This document shows, in pieces, positions 7,797 to 16,134 of a DNA stretch of 20,000 nucleotides. This stretch comes from an uncultured virus (IMG/VR IMGVR_UViG_3300025000_000085) (taxonomy: Duplodnaviria > Heunggongvirae > Uroviricota > Caudoviricetes). The stretch is taken from the IMG/VR virus record IMGVR_UViG_3300025000_000085. One strand, 5' to 3'. The stretch's first letter is position 1. Each line of letters starts with the position of its first letter. The translations under genes and the position numbers were made by a program. Under the pieces are notes generated by a model that was not told the origin of the DNA, searched no databases, and saw nothing but the letters and a program-made list of their open reading frames with translations.

Positions 7797-9970
7797 GCGG
7801 TTGCTCCTGCCCTCGCGGGCCTCTGCTGCAGTGCGGCGAGCTCGGCCTCGAGCTGCGCCTTCATGGCCTCCAGGTTGGCGACGTCGAGCGGCTCGTGGCC
7901 CTTGTCGTTGTTCCCCTGGCGATTGCCGCTGGCTGGCCCATCCCCGGCCGAGTCGTCATCCAGCGCCCCACCCTGCCATCTGGCGTCTGTCGCTCCGCCC
8001 TGCTGCCGGCGGCGGTCCAGGGCCCGCAGGAACTTGCGGACGAGCGTCATGAGGAACCAGAGCATCATCACGCCGTCGTCGTGGCCCTCTTTGCCCCAGC
8101 CCCAGAGCTCGTTGCAGAGCACGTCGACGAGGGCGCGCTGCTCGATGGCCTGCGGATCATCGCCCTCGGGGTAGGGCAGCTCGATCTGGCCATTCTCGAA
8201 GTAGGCGCTGAGCCCGGGGACGCCGTCGCGCAGATGGCGCTTGCGCTTGTCGGTGTTGATGGCCTTGAGCGGCAGGTCGGACGAACTGCGCACGCCGTGG
8301 AAGTAGAGCTCCTTCTGCAATCCGACCGTCTCGACCGCCACCCGGAACATCACGTCGAGCTCATCGGGGCGGATGTAGGCGGCCTCGGCCTCCATTCGCT
8401 GGCGCGTCTGCGCGGGCGTCATGCCGCGCTCGCGGTACAGCCGCAGCACCACGAGGTGACGGGTCTCGGGATGGATGGCCACCGCGCCAGAGAACGTGTA
8501 GTTCGAGTCCGAAGCCTCGGCGTGGTCCTTGTCCCGCACCCAGCCGAAGTCCCATGCCTGGAACACGGCGAGAGGTTCGACGCCCCCCATGGCCCGAACG
8601 ACGTCGTCCCAGGACTCGCAGAAGCGCCGGCCCCGCCCGCGCTCCTTGGCCGCCTTCAGTCCCTCGAGCTTGAACGCTGAGGCCTCGTCGGCCATCGGCT
8701 CGTTCTGGTATTCAGCCTCGAAGGCGACGGGGCCGATGTCCCAGCGCTCCTGCAGCAGCCTGGAAACGGGCCAGCGGGACGGCCAGAGCGACCACTGGAC
8801 GAGCTTCTCGATGTAGCCGAGGGCAGCCTTGCGGCTCGGGACCTTGCGCACATCCTGGTACAGGGCGCGGTAGAGCCGCTTGCGCCAGGTCTTGAAGTGG
8901 TCCTTGCTCAGCAGCCTGGCGAGCATGCTGTCGTGGTGCAGGATCGTGCCCACGACGATGAGCACGCCTGCCTGGTTGTCCAGGCAGGGGATCAGCACCT
9001 TGGTCAGCCAGTCCAGCGTCTTCTGGCGCTGGGCCTCGGTATCCACGAACTCGTCGTTCTCGCCGTCGTCGAGGATCACCAGGTCGGGCCGGTAATCGCC
9101 GTATTTCGCCCCGCGGATCTTCGTTCGGGTGCCGAACACCACCACCCGGATGCCGGTGCTGGTGATGATGTCGACCTCGGTCCACTTGCCGCCCTTCTTC
9201 GGCACCAGGTCGCCGAAGTCGTCCCGAAAGCGCTCGTTGCCCTCCAGTTCCGCCTTCAGCGCAGAGAGGTAGGCCTTCCCCTGCCCCATGGTGTCGGCGC
9301 CGATCATCATGAACCGGGTCAGCTTGTAGGCCACGGCGTGCAGGCGCAGCAGGTCGTAGATCGAGGTTTTCCCGTGCTGGCGGGGGCAGGCGTCGGCGGC
9401 CGAGCGAGGAGCGGCATCCAGTGCCTGCTCTCGAGTCAAGGCCTCCCACTCGTCGGGGGAGTAGTAGACGGACGGCAACCGCTTCGCTGCGTCCTCCTCG
9501 CTCTCGCCCTCCTCCCGGTCGATGTTGGCCCCGGCGGGGATGCCGTCCCGGTCGACGAGAACCTGGACGCTCCTCCAGTCCCGGGTGTCGGTCTGCGGGG
9601 CGCTGGGCAGCGTTCGGTCAACGACCATCTCCACGTAGTCGTTGACGATCTGCTCGTGATGCGGGCCGAACGCGCAGGTGAACTTCTCCGGCAGGTAGTA
9701 GGCGCCGAACCAGAGGGGGTCGCTCAGGCCCCGGGCCTTGCGCTCCTCGCGGTCGAGGACGTCGAGCTCGATCTCCAGATCCTCGACCTCCCTGCTGACG
9801 CTGATCAGCTCCGCAGGGGTGAGGAACTGAGCGGCCTCAGCCCACGCTGCCCGAAGACGAGCGATCTTCGCCGCCAGAGCCTCCCGGAATGACTCCCTGG
9901 ATGCGGGCGGAACGGGCTCGGTCCTCGAGACGGGCGCTGATGGCGTCGATGCGGCTGCCAAGCTGCTCAC
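7793..9970 (-). CDS. terL: Terminase large subunit
   Basis: Walker A 'PRQHGKTS', Walker B 'RPDLVILDDGEND', coupling motif 'VGTILH', 'FEAEYQNEP', and RNase H-like nuclease motifs 'AWDFG', 'AVE', 'HDDGV'. Confidence 0.95.
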   Translation of the reverse strand: MSSLAAASTPSAPVSRTEPVPPASRESFREALAAKIARLRAAWAEAAQFLTPAELISVSREVEDLEIELDVLDREERKARGLSDPLWFGAYYLPEKFTCAFGPHHEQIVNDYVEMVVDRTLPSAPQTDTRDWRSVQVLVDRDGIPAGANIDREEGESEEDAAKRLPSVYYSPDEWEALTREQALDAAPRSAADACPRQHGKTSIYDLLRLHAVAYKLTRFMMIGADTMGQGKAYLSALKAELEGNERFRDDFGDLVPKKGGKWTEVDIITSTGIRVVVFGTRTKIRGAKYGDYRPDLVILDDGENDEFVDTEAQRQKTLDWLTKVLIPCLDNQAGVLIVVGTILHHDSMLARLLSKDHFKTWRKRLYRALYQDVRKVPSRKAALGYIEKLVQWSLWPSRWPVSRLLQERWDIGPVAFEAEYQNEPMADEASAFKLEGLKAAKERGRGRRFCESWDDVVRAMGGVEPLAVFQAWDFGWVRDKDHAEASDSNYTFSGAVAIHPETRHLVVLRLYRERGMTPAQTRQRMEAEAAYIRPDELDVMFRVAVETVGLQKELYFHGVRSSSDLPLKAINTDKRKRHLRDGVPGLSAYFENGQIELPYPEGDDPQAIEQRALVDVLCNELWGWGKEGHDDGVMMLWFLMTLVRKFLRALDRRRQQGGATDARWQGGALDDDSAGDGPASGNRQGNNDKGHEPLDVANLEAMKAQLEAELAALQQRPARAGATA

Positions 9971-10517
9971 GCTGCCCCTCTTCTCCTGAAACGGCGATGC
10001 TGCCGCCGATGATCATGGTGGCCTTGCCACGCAGCAGGCGCTCTGCGTCGACGCAGACCTTGAGCGCTCCGCTGATCTGCTTCACGTCGCCGAACGGAAT
10101 CACCGCCCTCAACGCTGTCGTCAGGTCCCACGAAAGCACGGCCAGCCGGTCGGCCATGGCTCGCGGATCGGCGATGGCCGGGTGATTCTCGTCGGCCGGC
10201 GGTTCCTTGCTCAGCGACTCCAACTCGGCGATGACCTTGAGCGTCGCCTCCTTGAGCTGCTCGCTCGCCTTCTGCTTGGACTGGGGCTGGCTGGTCGCCT
10301 GCGCTTCGGTTTCGCTTTTCGGTTTTCGCCCTTCGGTTTTTGACCCGGATAACGAAGATTCGTCAGGCAGTTGGACGACGACCTTTTCCTCGCTGTTCAC
10401 CCAGGCGTGCACTGTAGACAAAGAACGCACATTCAGTTCATTGGCGATCTGCTGGTAGCTGTTCCCTGCGGCATGCAGCTCTCGTGCCTTCTTCCTGTGG
10501 GTGGGCGGGTAGGCCAT
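9837..10517 (-). CDS. terS: Terminase small subunit (N-terminal HTH)
   Basis: HTH 'GNSYQQIANELNVRSLSTVHAWV', helical core ending 'ERLLRG', and position immediately upstream of terL. RBS GGGGAGG. Confidence 0.75.
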   Translation of the reverse strand: MAYPPTHRKKARELHAAGNSYQQIANELNVRSLSTVHAWVNSEEKVVVQLPDESSLSGSKTEGRKPKSETEAQATSQPQSKQKASEQLKEATLKVIAELESLSKEPPADENHPAIADPRAMADRLAVLSWDLTTALRAVIPFGDVKQISGALKVCVDAERLLRGKATMIIGGSIAVSGEEGQREQLGSRIDAISARLEDRARSARIQGVIPGGSGGEDRSSSGSVG

Positions 10518-10520
10518 CGC

Positions 10521-11225
10521 TCAGCCCTCCCCGCCGGCCACGGACGACCCAACTCTGCGCTGCAGCTGCTCGACCATGTCCTTCAACTCCTCTGGCAGGG
10601 TCCCGATCACGATCACGCAGGCAGCGCCCACCCTCGACCTCGCACCTCCTCCAGCTTCACCCTGACCGCTAGGAGCGCTACGAGGTTCGGTGCCCTCCCG
10701 CATTGGCCAGCCGACGGAGACGGCCCACTCGTCGAGCTCGTGGCGAAGAGCCTCGGCCTCTTGCATCCGCCCGCGCTTGCGCAAGTAGCTGATCCTCGCT
10801 CGGATCTTGTCCGTCTCTTTCCTGCAGCTCATGGAGCAGTAGCGAGGATCGTGCGAGGATCCGCCGCCCCGGCCGCGCTTCTCTGCTCGCTCCCTGGCAT
10901 GGCCGGGACAAGACGGTCGACAGCATCCGCGCGGAGGCCTACTGCTCGGGAGCGCCGTTCCAGGCTGCTGCAGCACCCGCTTCGCCAGTTCGGCCGACAC
11001 GGACACCATGTCCCCGCTCGCAAGGCAGCGCTGTTCGCCGACAGCGCAATGCTTGCAGGCCATCAGGTCCTCCGCCTGCAGCCCCTTGGCCCGGCCCATG
11101 CGCCGATCTACGCAGAGGCGCAGCTGGAGCCGCACCTTCAGTCGCTGGCAGTCGACGAGCATCATGCTGCCCATCTGGACCTGCAGCTGCTGGTCGAGGC
11201 GCCGACGATCATCCGCCACGGTCAC
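10521..11225 (-). CDS. Cys-rich putative Zn-binding protein, possible late-gene regulator
   Basis: GTG at 11225 overlaps the upstream TGA (alternative GTG at 11219). Motifs 'CQRLKVRLQLRLC', 'CKHC', 'CCRPSC' and 'YCSMSC'. The regulator role is inferred from position only. Confidence 0.6.
   Translation of the reverse strand: MTVADDRRRLDQQLQVQMGSMMLVDCQRLKVRLQLRLCVDRRMGRAKGLQAEDLMACKHCAVGEQRCLASGDMVSVSAELAKRVLQQPGTALPSSRPPRGCCRPSCPGHARERAEKRGRGGGSSHDPRYCSMSCRKETDKIRARISYLRKRGRMQEAEALRHELDEWAVSVGWPMREGTEPRSAPSGQGEAGGGARSRVGAACVIVIGTLPEELKDMVEQLQRRVGSSVAGGEG
10657..10693 (-). promoter_or_regulatory. Conserved motif copy 2 (candidate late promoter/operator) upstream of terS
   Basis: GCACCG-N7-TAGCGCTCCTAGC-N2-TCA-N3-TGA, about 140 bp upstream of the terS start. 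Confidence 0.55.
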
Positions 11226-11608
11226 TCCCCTACCGAGAAGTGCCGCCACCCTTCCCGCTCCCGATGGCGCCACACCTCCCGCCAGGGCTCGGGCTTGTCT
11301 TCGAGGGCTCTGGCCTCCTGCTCGAGCCGGATGGCCCGGTAGGCCATGGCTCCGGCGTCCTCCTGCCAGCGCAGCGCCCAGCGGGCCCGCAGCCAGTCGA
11401 GGACGTAGAACCAGCCGAAGCGGAGCAGGCCGAGCTCCTCGAACTGCAGCACGTGCACGGCCTCGTGGCGCAGCAGCCGGTCAGAGGCCTCGACGCCCCC
11501 GCGCACGAAGATGTGCCTGCCGATGGTGACGGCCGCCGGACGGATCACGAGGGACAGCAGCGCGGGCACCCAGCTGTTGAGGTGGAGGATGGGGACGACC
11601 TTACTCAT
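11222..11608 (-). CDS. DUF4157-like (eCIS-core type) HExxH zinc metallopeptidase-like protein
   Basis: 'AAVTIGRHIF...LLRHEAVHVLQ...AYRAIRLEQEAR'. ATG 11608 follows a GGAGGAG RBS. Confidence 0.75.
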   Translation of the reverse strand: MSKVVPILHLNSWVPALLSLVIRPAAVTIGRHIFVRGGVEASDRLLRHEAVHVLQFEELGLLRFGWFYVLDWLRARWALRWQEDAGAMAYRAIRLEQEARALEDKPEPWREVWRHREREGWRHFSVGE

Positions 11609-11709
11609 GCTGCTGCTGCTCCTCCGCCGGCGCACCGCAGCGCTACCGGCAACCAGTCCGCACCCCACCGCTCGAACGGGATGGCAAAGCCTGCAGCTCG
11701 ATCGCTCAC
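11605..11709 (-). CDS. Putative 34-aa microprotein
   Basis: GTGA overlap with the VRR-NUC stop and ATGA overlap with the next start. Reads (M)SDRAAGFAIPFERWGADWLPVALRCAGGGAAAA. Confidence 0.5.
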   Translation of the reverse strand: MSDRAAGFAIPFERWGADWLPVALRCAGGGAAAA

Positions 11710-12110
11710 TGCACCGCCCCCCATCTCCGCAAAAAGTCGAGCATCTCTGCCTCGCTCCGGGCCACGCACCCTCGAGCGCCGAACGACACCTGCCACACCG
11801 CCTGCTCCGGCCGCAGCTTGCCGCTCTCGGTCTTGAGCTCGATGCCGAGCACCACGCCCCGCCCGGGCAGGCCGATGATCAGGTCGGGGAGCCCCCGGCG
11901 CTTCGCCTGCTGCCTCCCGGCCACGCCACGCTGCATCGCCACGTCGGGGATGTGGGCCCAGATGAGCGGCACGCCCCAGGACTGCAGCTCCCGCAGCACG
12001 GCCTCGCAGCGGGCCTGTAGGGTGCGCTCCTCGCCGGAGGGGGCAGGCGCCCGGGGCCCTTCCTGCCACTCTGCAGCAGCGGCGCGACGGCGGTAGCGGG
12101 GCAGGGGCAT
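11706..12110 (-). CDS. VRR-NUC family PD-(D/E)xK nuclease (Holliday-junction resolvase-like)
   Basis: 'RGLPDLII...GIELKTESGKLRPEQAVW'. ATG 12110 overlaps the upstream TGA. Confidence 0.88.
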   Translation of the reverse strand: MPLPRYRRRAAAAEWQEGPRAPAPSGEERTLQARCEAVLRELQSWGVPLIWAHIPDVAMQRGVAGRQQAKRRGLPDLIIGLPGRGVVLGIELKTESGKLRPEQAVWQVSFGARGCVARSEAEMLDFLRRWGAVQ

Positions 12111-12736
12111 CAGGCGGCCCTCCGTCCCTTGCCTCGCCCATCCGCAGCTGCAGCCGCTCCAGCCGCTGCAGCTGCCGGGCCCCGCTTCTGACGTACGGCA
12201 ACGAGCTGCTCCCTCCAGATCTGCGCCAGCGTCTTCGCCGGGGGCAGCTGGGCAAGGTCCTCGGCCACGACCTTCTCCCAGCTGCCGGTGGGTCCCGAGG
12301 AGACGATGCGGCCGCCGCTGGAGGCCTTCAGTGCCAGCGTGGAGGGGAGGAGGCCTTGGCGGACACGGTCCTTCGCTCCTTCGCCCACGAGGCGCACGGA
12401 CCACTCGCCAGTCGCCTCGTCGCAAACCCAGGCTGTGTCGCCCATGCCCCGGCGGGCCATCTCATCGGCGACCTCGGCGTGGAGCATCAGCTCGAGCAGC
12501 GCCTCGTGCTCGAGGGGGGAGACGGGGACGGGAGGAGAGGCCGGGACGTCTGGGGCTCCCACGGGCCGCCCTGCCATCAGCGCCTGCTCAGCATCCTCGC
12601 AGAGCGCCGCGTAGGTGGTGCGGCTGCAGGTCAGCGTGCAGCGGTGGCCGGCGAGCTGCAGGCGCAGGTCTGGGGCCTCGCCATCGGGCAGGTCGAGCCA
12701 CTGATCGAAGGTCGTCTCCGCTGGCGTCATGGGCAT
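12110..12736 (-). CDS. Hypothetical protein (208 aa)
   Basis: RBS GGAAGGA, normal amino-acid composition, coupled to VRR-NUC. No recognised motif. Confidence 0.7.
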   Translation of the reverse strand: MPMTPAETTFDQWLDLPDGEAPDLRLQLAGHRCTLTCSRTTYAALCEDAEQALMAGRPVGAPDVPASPPVPVSPLEHEALLELMLHAEVADEMARRGMGDTAWVCDEATGEWSVRLVGEGAKDRVRQGLLPSTLALKASSGGRIVSSGPTGSWEKVVAEDLAQLPPAKTLAQIWREQLVAVRQKRGPAAAAAGAAAAADGRGKGRRAA

Positions 12737-12749
12737 TGTTCAATCCTTC

Positions 12750-13028
12750 CCGGGATGTACCCCTGTTCCCCTTGTGTACCCCATCTTTTTTGGAGAAGGG
12801 GTACATGTTTTCCTTTGAAATTTCCGGCAGTTATATCCGATGTAACCCTGTACCCCTTCTTTTCCGGAAAAAAGACCCTGCTAGAAGAAACACGAAGAGG
12901 TGAGATGGATGCCTCACGTGCACGCGCGAAAAAGCCAAAAAGAAGGGAAACATGGGGTACATCTCGGTTTTTGCTCCGAAATGATAGGGGTACAACAAGG
13001 GTTACAAAGGGAAACATGGGTTACGCCT
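12750..13028. repeat. AT-rich iteron array, probable replication origin
   Basis: About 12 octamers of type TGT(A/T)(C/A/T)CCC in both orientations, A/T tracts, and the palindrome TTTTCCGGAAAA (12860-12871). Directly downstream of the primase-helicase gene. Confidence 0.75.
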
Positions 13029-13030
13029 CA

Positions 13031-15730
13031 TCAGAAGTACTTGTCCGGCCGGTAGCGATCCCGGCGGCTCTGACCTGGAGAGGGCCCCTGGTCCACATAC
13101 GCTGCCGTCTCCCCCTGCGGCCCCTCGGCAGCGCCATTGCCTGGCGCATCGTCGGGTGGGTGCCAGCACTTGCAGACCTTCCCGTCTTTTCGAGTGCTTT
13201 TCCTGCTCCACCCCTGCCTGCGCAGGATGGCGGTGACGCGGTGGGTGGTGTGCCATCCCTCCTGGGCGGCGTGCTTCTCCTTGATGTGTTCGGTGACGCC
13301 GGAGATCTGCACCAGGTCCCGCCCGTGGATGTACTCGAGCACCTCCTCGGTCCACGGGTCGTACTCCTCGAATTCCTGGGAGGCAGCGATGCGCTGCTGC
13401 TCAGCCTCCGGCGTGAGCCACCAGCGGAAGTCCTGGCCGGCCGAGCTGCGGTAGGCGTGCACGGCCTCGGCCCAGAGCTGGTCCCGGTTGTCTTCGACCC
13501 ACCCCACGTCCACGCTGTCGGCGACCCGGACGCACCAGAAGCGGCGGCTGCCGCTGGGGTCTCTCAAGAACTCGTCGTCGTTGGTCGTGCCGCAAAACAC
13601 GCAGTGCCGTGGCATGGTGACGGTGTTGCGGCCGTAGGAGGGGCGGAAGCGGTCCGTCCTCGAGGTGAGGAAGCTCTTGATGCCCTCGGCGTCGGCGCGC
13701 TTGAAGGCGAAGAGCTCGGCGAACTCGACCATCCAGACATCGGCGAGCAGCTGGTAGGCGTCCTTGAGGTTGGCGGTCAGGTCCACCTTGGAGTCGGAGA
13801 AGTAGACGTCGCCGGCCAGCTTGCGAAACAGGGTGGACTTGCCGGCGCCCTGCTCGCCGACGAGGATCAGGGTCGAGTCCATCTGGCAGCCGGGCTGCAT
13901 CGCCCGAGCGACGGCGCCGACGAGGAACTTCCGGCCGATCTCCCGGTTCAGCGCGGTGTCCTGGGCGCCGGCGCTGCGGACGAGCCAGGCGTCGATGCGC
14001 TGCTCACCGTCCCACGCCAGCCCGTCGAGGTACTGGACGAGGGGGTTTCTGCGGCTCTCCTTGGCCACCTGCTCGATGGTCCGGGCGACCATGTCCATGG
14101 AGAAGTCCACGTCGTAGCAGCGGGAGAGCCACTCCCTGTCGATGTTGTAGTCGTTGTCCTCGACGGGCCGGTCCGAGCCGTCGGCCATGATCCGGTAGGT
14201 CTTCCACTCGAAGTCATTGTACCAGTGGCGGGGCCCGTCCTCGTGGTGCCGGAACAAGCTGGCCAGGTTGTGCACGGTCCGCAGCAGCGTCTGGCCGCCC
14301 TCCGTGACCTTCCAGCGCAGCAGCCTGCCCAGCGTGTCGTCCGCGGCCGCCTTGCGTCGTCGCCGGACGGCCTTGCGCATGTCGCCGATCTGCTGCCGGG
14401 ACAGCTTCGGCCAGCGCTGCTTGATGGCCTCGAGGTAGCTGTCGATCTCGAAGTTCGGCCGCTCGACGAGCAGGTCGAGGATCTCCGGCAGCTGCTGGGC
14501 GACGAGCAGCAGCGGGTCGCTGTCTTCCGGGATCCGCTCGATGCGCTCCCGAATGGCCGCCACGGCATTCGCCGCACCCGGCGTGGCCAGGCTCTCCGCC
14601 CCCCCCTTCCGGTCGTAGCAGCCGGGCTCGAAGCGCTCCCGCAGCTCATGCCAGCCCCAGGTGCAGCTCGAGTGGTGGCACCCGGCGCTGATGGCACCCG
14701 AGGGCAGCTGTTCGATAGAGGCCTCGCCCCGGTCGTGGCCGTCGTCGTAGGGGCAGACGCGGAAGGTCCAGCGCCGGCCCGTGCCGCCCTTCCACGGTTC
14801 CTCGGCGCCGACCATGCCGCCCAGGTGGTCTGCGACCCACGCGGCCAGGTCGAAGTCCGCCGGCGCCGCACCATCTCTGCGCTGCGGAAGACGGGCCGGC
14901 GGACGGACGGGGGCTGCAGCCTGAGGGGCCTCGGCAGCCAGCGCCTCGAGCTTGTGGAGCGGCACCACCTCCGTCTGCTCGGGGGCCTCGAGGATGCCGC
15001 TCATCCGGTGGGGGCGATCCGGGGTACTGTCGCCCTTGCAGGCCAGCGTGCCGTACAGCTTGCAGATCCTGCTGGCGTTGAAGAGCTTCTCGTCGACCTC
15101 GACCGGCGGCGGCCAGACGGCGTCGCCGTGCTTCGCCGCCGAGATCTGATCGGCCGGGTCGGAGAACCTGGCGCCGAGCGCCTTGAGGCTCCGCTCGCAG
15201 AGCAGCAGCGACGCCGGATCGTTGGGCAGGTCGATGCGGTACAGCAGGTGCGCCCCGTTGCCGCTGTCGGCGAACAGGGGCTCGGGCCACCCCTGCTCGC
15301 GCAGCCAGGCCCTCACCGCTTCGGCCCGCTCGAAGGTGGAGGTGCGCTCCTCGTCCGTGGCGCTGATCTCGCTGGGGCGCGCTGCGTCGAAGTCGACGAG
15401 GAGCCAGCGACGCTGCAGCACCAGGTCGTCGAGCGTGGCCGACCCCTTCTCTCCGGCCTTCAGCCGGTTGTGCGCCCGGGAGAGCAGGGCCGGCTTGACC
15501 GGGTTGAGCGAGAAGTAGATCCCCTTGGCGCTGGACAGGCGGTCGAGCGCGGCCGAGACGTCGTCGCCGTTGTCGAAGTAGCCATAGAACTGTCGCACGT
15601 AGCGACTGCCCCGCTCGCACCCTTCGAGCACACGGATCTCGGCGATCATGCCGCCGTCGTAGAGCAGCCGGAGGGCCGTCCGGACCTGCTGGGGGTCGTG
15701 CAGGCGCAGCGGGGAAGTGGATGTGCTCAT
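13031..15730 (-). CDS. Replication protein: AEP-type primase + Zn-binding domain + VapE-family helicase (899 aa)
   Basis: AEP motifs 'LLVDFD' and 'DSGNGAHLLY'; 'CPYDDGH...CHHSSC'; Walker A 'GEQGAGKST', 'VEFAEL', 'GTTN', 'GSRRFW'. Start placed at ATG 15730, which gives an ATGA overlap. Confidence 0.9.
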   Translation of the reverse strand: MSTSTSPLRLHDPQQVRTALRLLYDGGMIAEIRVLEGCERGSRYVRQFYGYFDNGDDVSAALDRLSSAKGIYFSLNPVKPALLSRAHNRLKAGEKGSATLDDLVLQRRWLLVDFDAARPSEISATDEERTSTFERAEAVRAWLREQGWPEPLFADSGNGAHLLYRIDLPNDPASLLLCERSLKALGARFSDPADQISAAKHGDAVWPPPVEVDEKLFNASRICKLYGTLACKGDSTPDRPHRMSGILEAPEQTEVVPLHKLEALAAEAPQAAAPVRPPARLPQRRDGAAPADFDLAAWVADHLGGMVGAEEPWKGGTGRRWTFRVCPYDDGHDRGEASIEQLPSGAISAGCHHSSCTWGWHELRERFEPGCYDRKGGAESLATPGAANAVAAIRERIERIPEDSDPLLLVAQQLPEILDLLVERPNFEIDSYLEAIKQRWPKLSRQQIGDMRKAVRRRRKAAADDTLGRLLRWKVTEGGQTLLRTVHNLASLFRHHEDGPRHWYNDFEWKTYRIMADGSDRPVEDNDYNIDREWLSRCYDVDFSMDMVARTIEQVAKESRRNPLVQYLDGLAWDGEQRIDAWLVRSAGAQDTALNREIGRKFLVGAVARAMQPGCQMDSTLILVGEQGAGKSTLFRKLAGDVYFSDSKVDLTANLKDAYQLLADVWMVEFAELFAFKRADAEGIKSFLTSRTDRFRPSYGRNTVTMPRHCVFCGTTNDDEFLRDPSGSRRFWCVRVADSVDVGWVEDNRDQLWAEAVHAYRSSAGQDFRWWLTPEAEQQRIAASQEFEEYDPWTEEVLEYIHGRDLVQISGVTEHIKEKHAAQEGWHTTHRVTAILRRQGWSRKSTRKDGKVCKCWHPPDDAPGNGAAEGPQGETAAYVDQGPSPGQSRRDRYRPDKYF

Positions 15731-16134
15731 CGTGCAGACATCATTCGCCACGCCCCCCCCACTGCGATCAGGTCGAAGAAGCTCGTCTGCCCCTCGAGGA
15801 CCTCGACCCCCGGAGGCCTGCGTGCGGCCCGCCATCCAGCCCTCGGCCTCGAGGGCTGGATGGGTGAAGGCGCCTCGCCGGCGAGCAGGCTCTCTTGCGC
15901 AACCGGCTGCGCTTCCGGTGGCTGATCCCAGGCGGCGGCTCGGATGAATCCGTTGCTGAGCAGCTCCATGCGACCCCTGCGCCTGCGAGTCGGGCGAGTG
16001 CTCCCGGTCTCCCATGCGCAGATGCTGGCAGCAGGACACGGCCGGCGAGGGCCGAAGAGGGCGCCCAGCTCGGCCTGTGTCAGGCGCCAGGTCAGGCGGT
16101 ACAGGCGCAGCAGCTCCGAGCCGCGGGACCTCAC
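15727..16134 (-). CDS. Cro/CI-type (XRE) HTH protein
   Basis: 'LRLYR..WRLTQAELGALFG...AASICAWETGSTRP'. Start/stop overlaps at both ends. Confidence 0.75.
   Translation of the reverse strand: MRSRGSELLRLYRLTWRLTQAELGALFGPRRPCPAASICAWETGSTRPTRRRRGRMELLSNGFIRAAAWDQPPEAQPVAQESLLAGEAPSPIQPSRPRAGWRAARRPPGVEVLEGQTSFFDLIAVGGAWRMMSAR

Noticed and set aside
5103..8174. 1023-aa plus-strand ORF
   Set aside because: Antisense shadow of the portal region. High GC suppresses stop codons, and it has no recognisable motifs.
5346..9970. Inteins or introns explaining the large portal and TerL
   Set aside because: No C/S...HN splice motifs or LAGLIDADG/HNH signatures, the insertions are under 100 aa, and the frames are uninterrupted.
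10333..12973. TCGGTTTTTG shared between the terS repeat (10333) and the origin region (12964)
   Set aside because: A single low-complexity 10-mer, plausible by chance.
12588..13017. Small ORFs (72 and 96 aa) across the AT-rich region
   Set aside because: Atypical composition; the region is better explained as an iteron array.
12356..15925. 1189-aa plus-strand ORF
   Set aside because: Antisense shadow of the primase-helicase gene.
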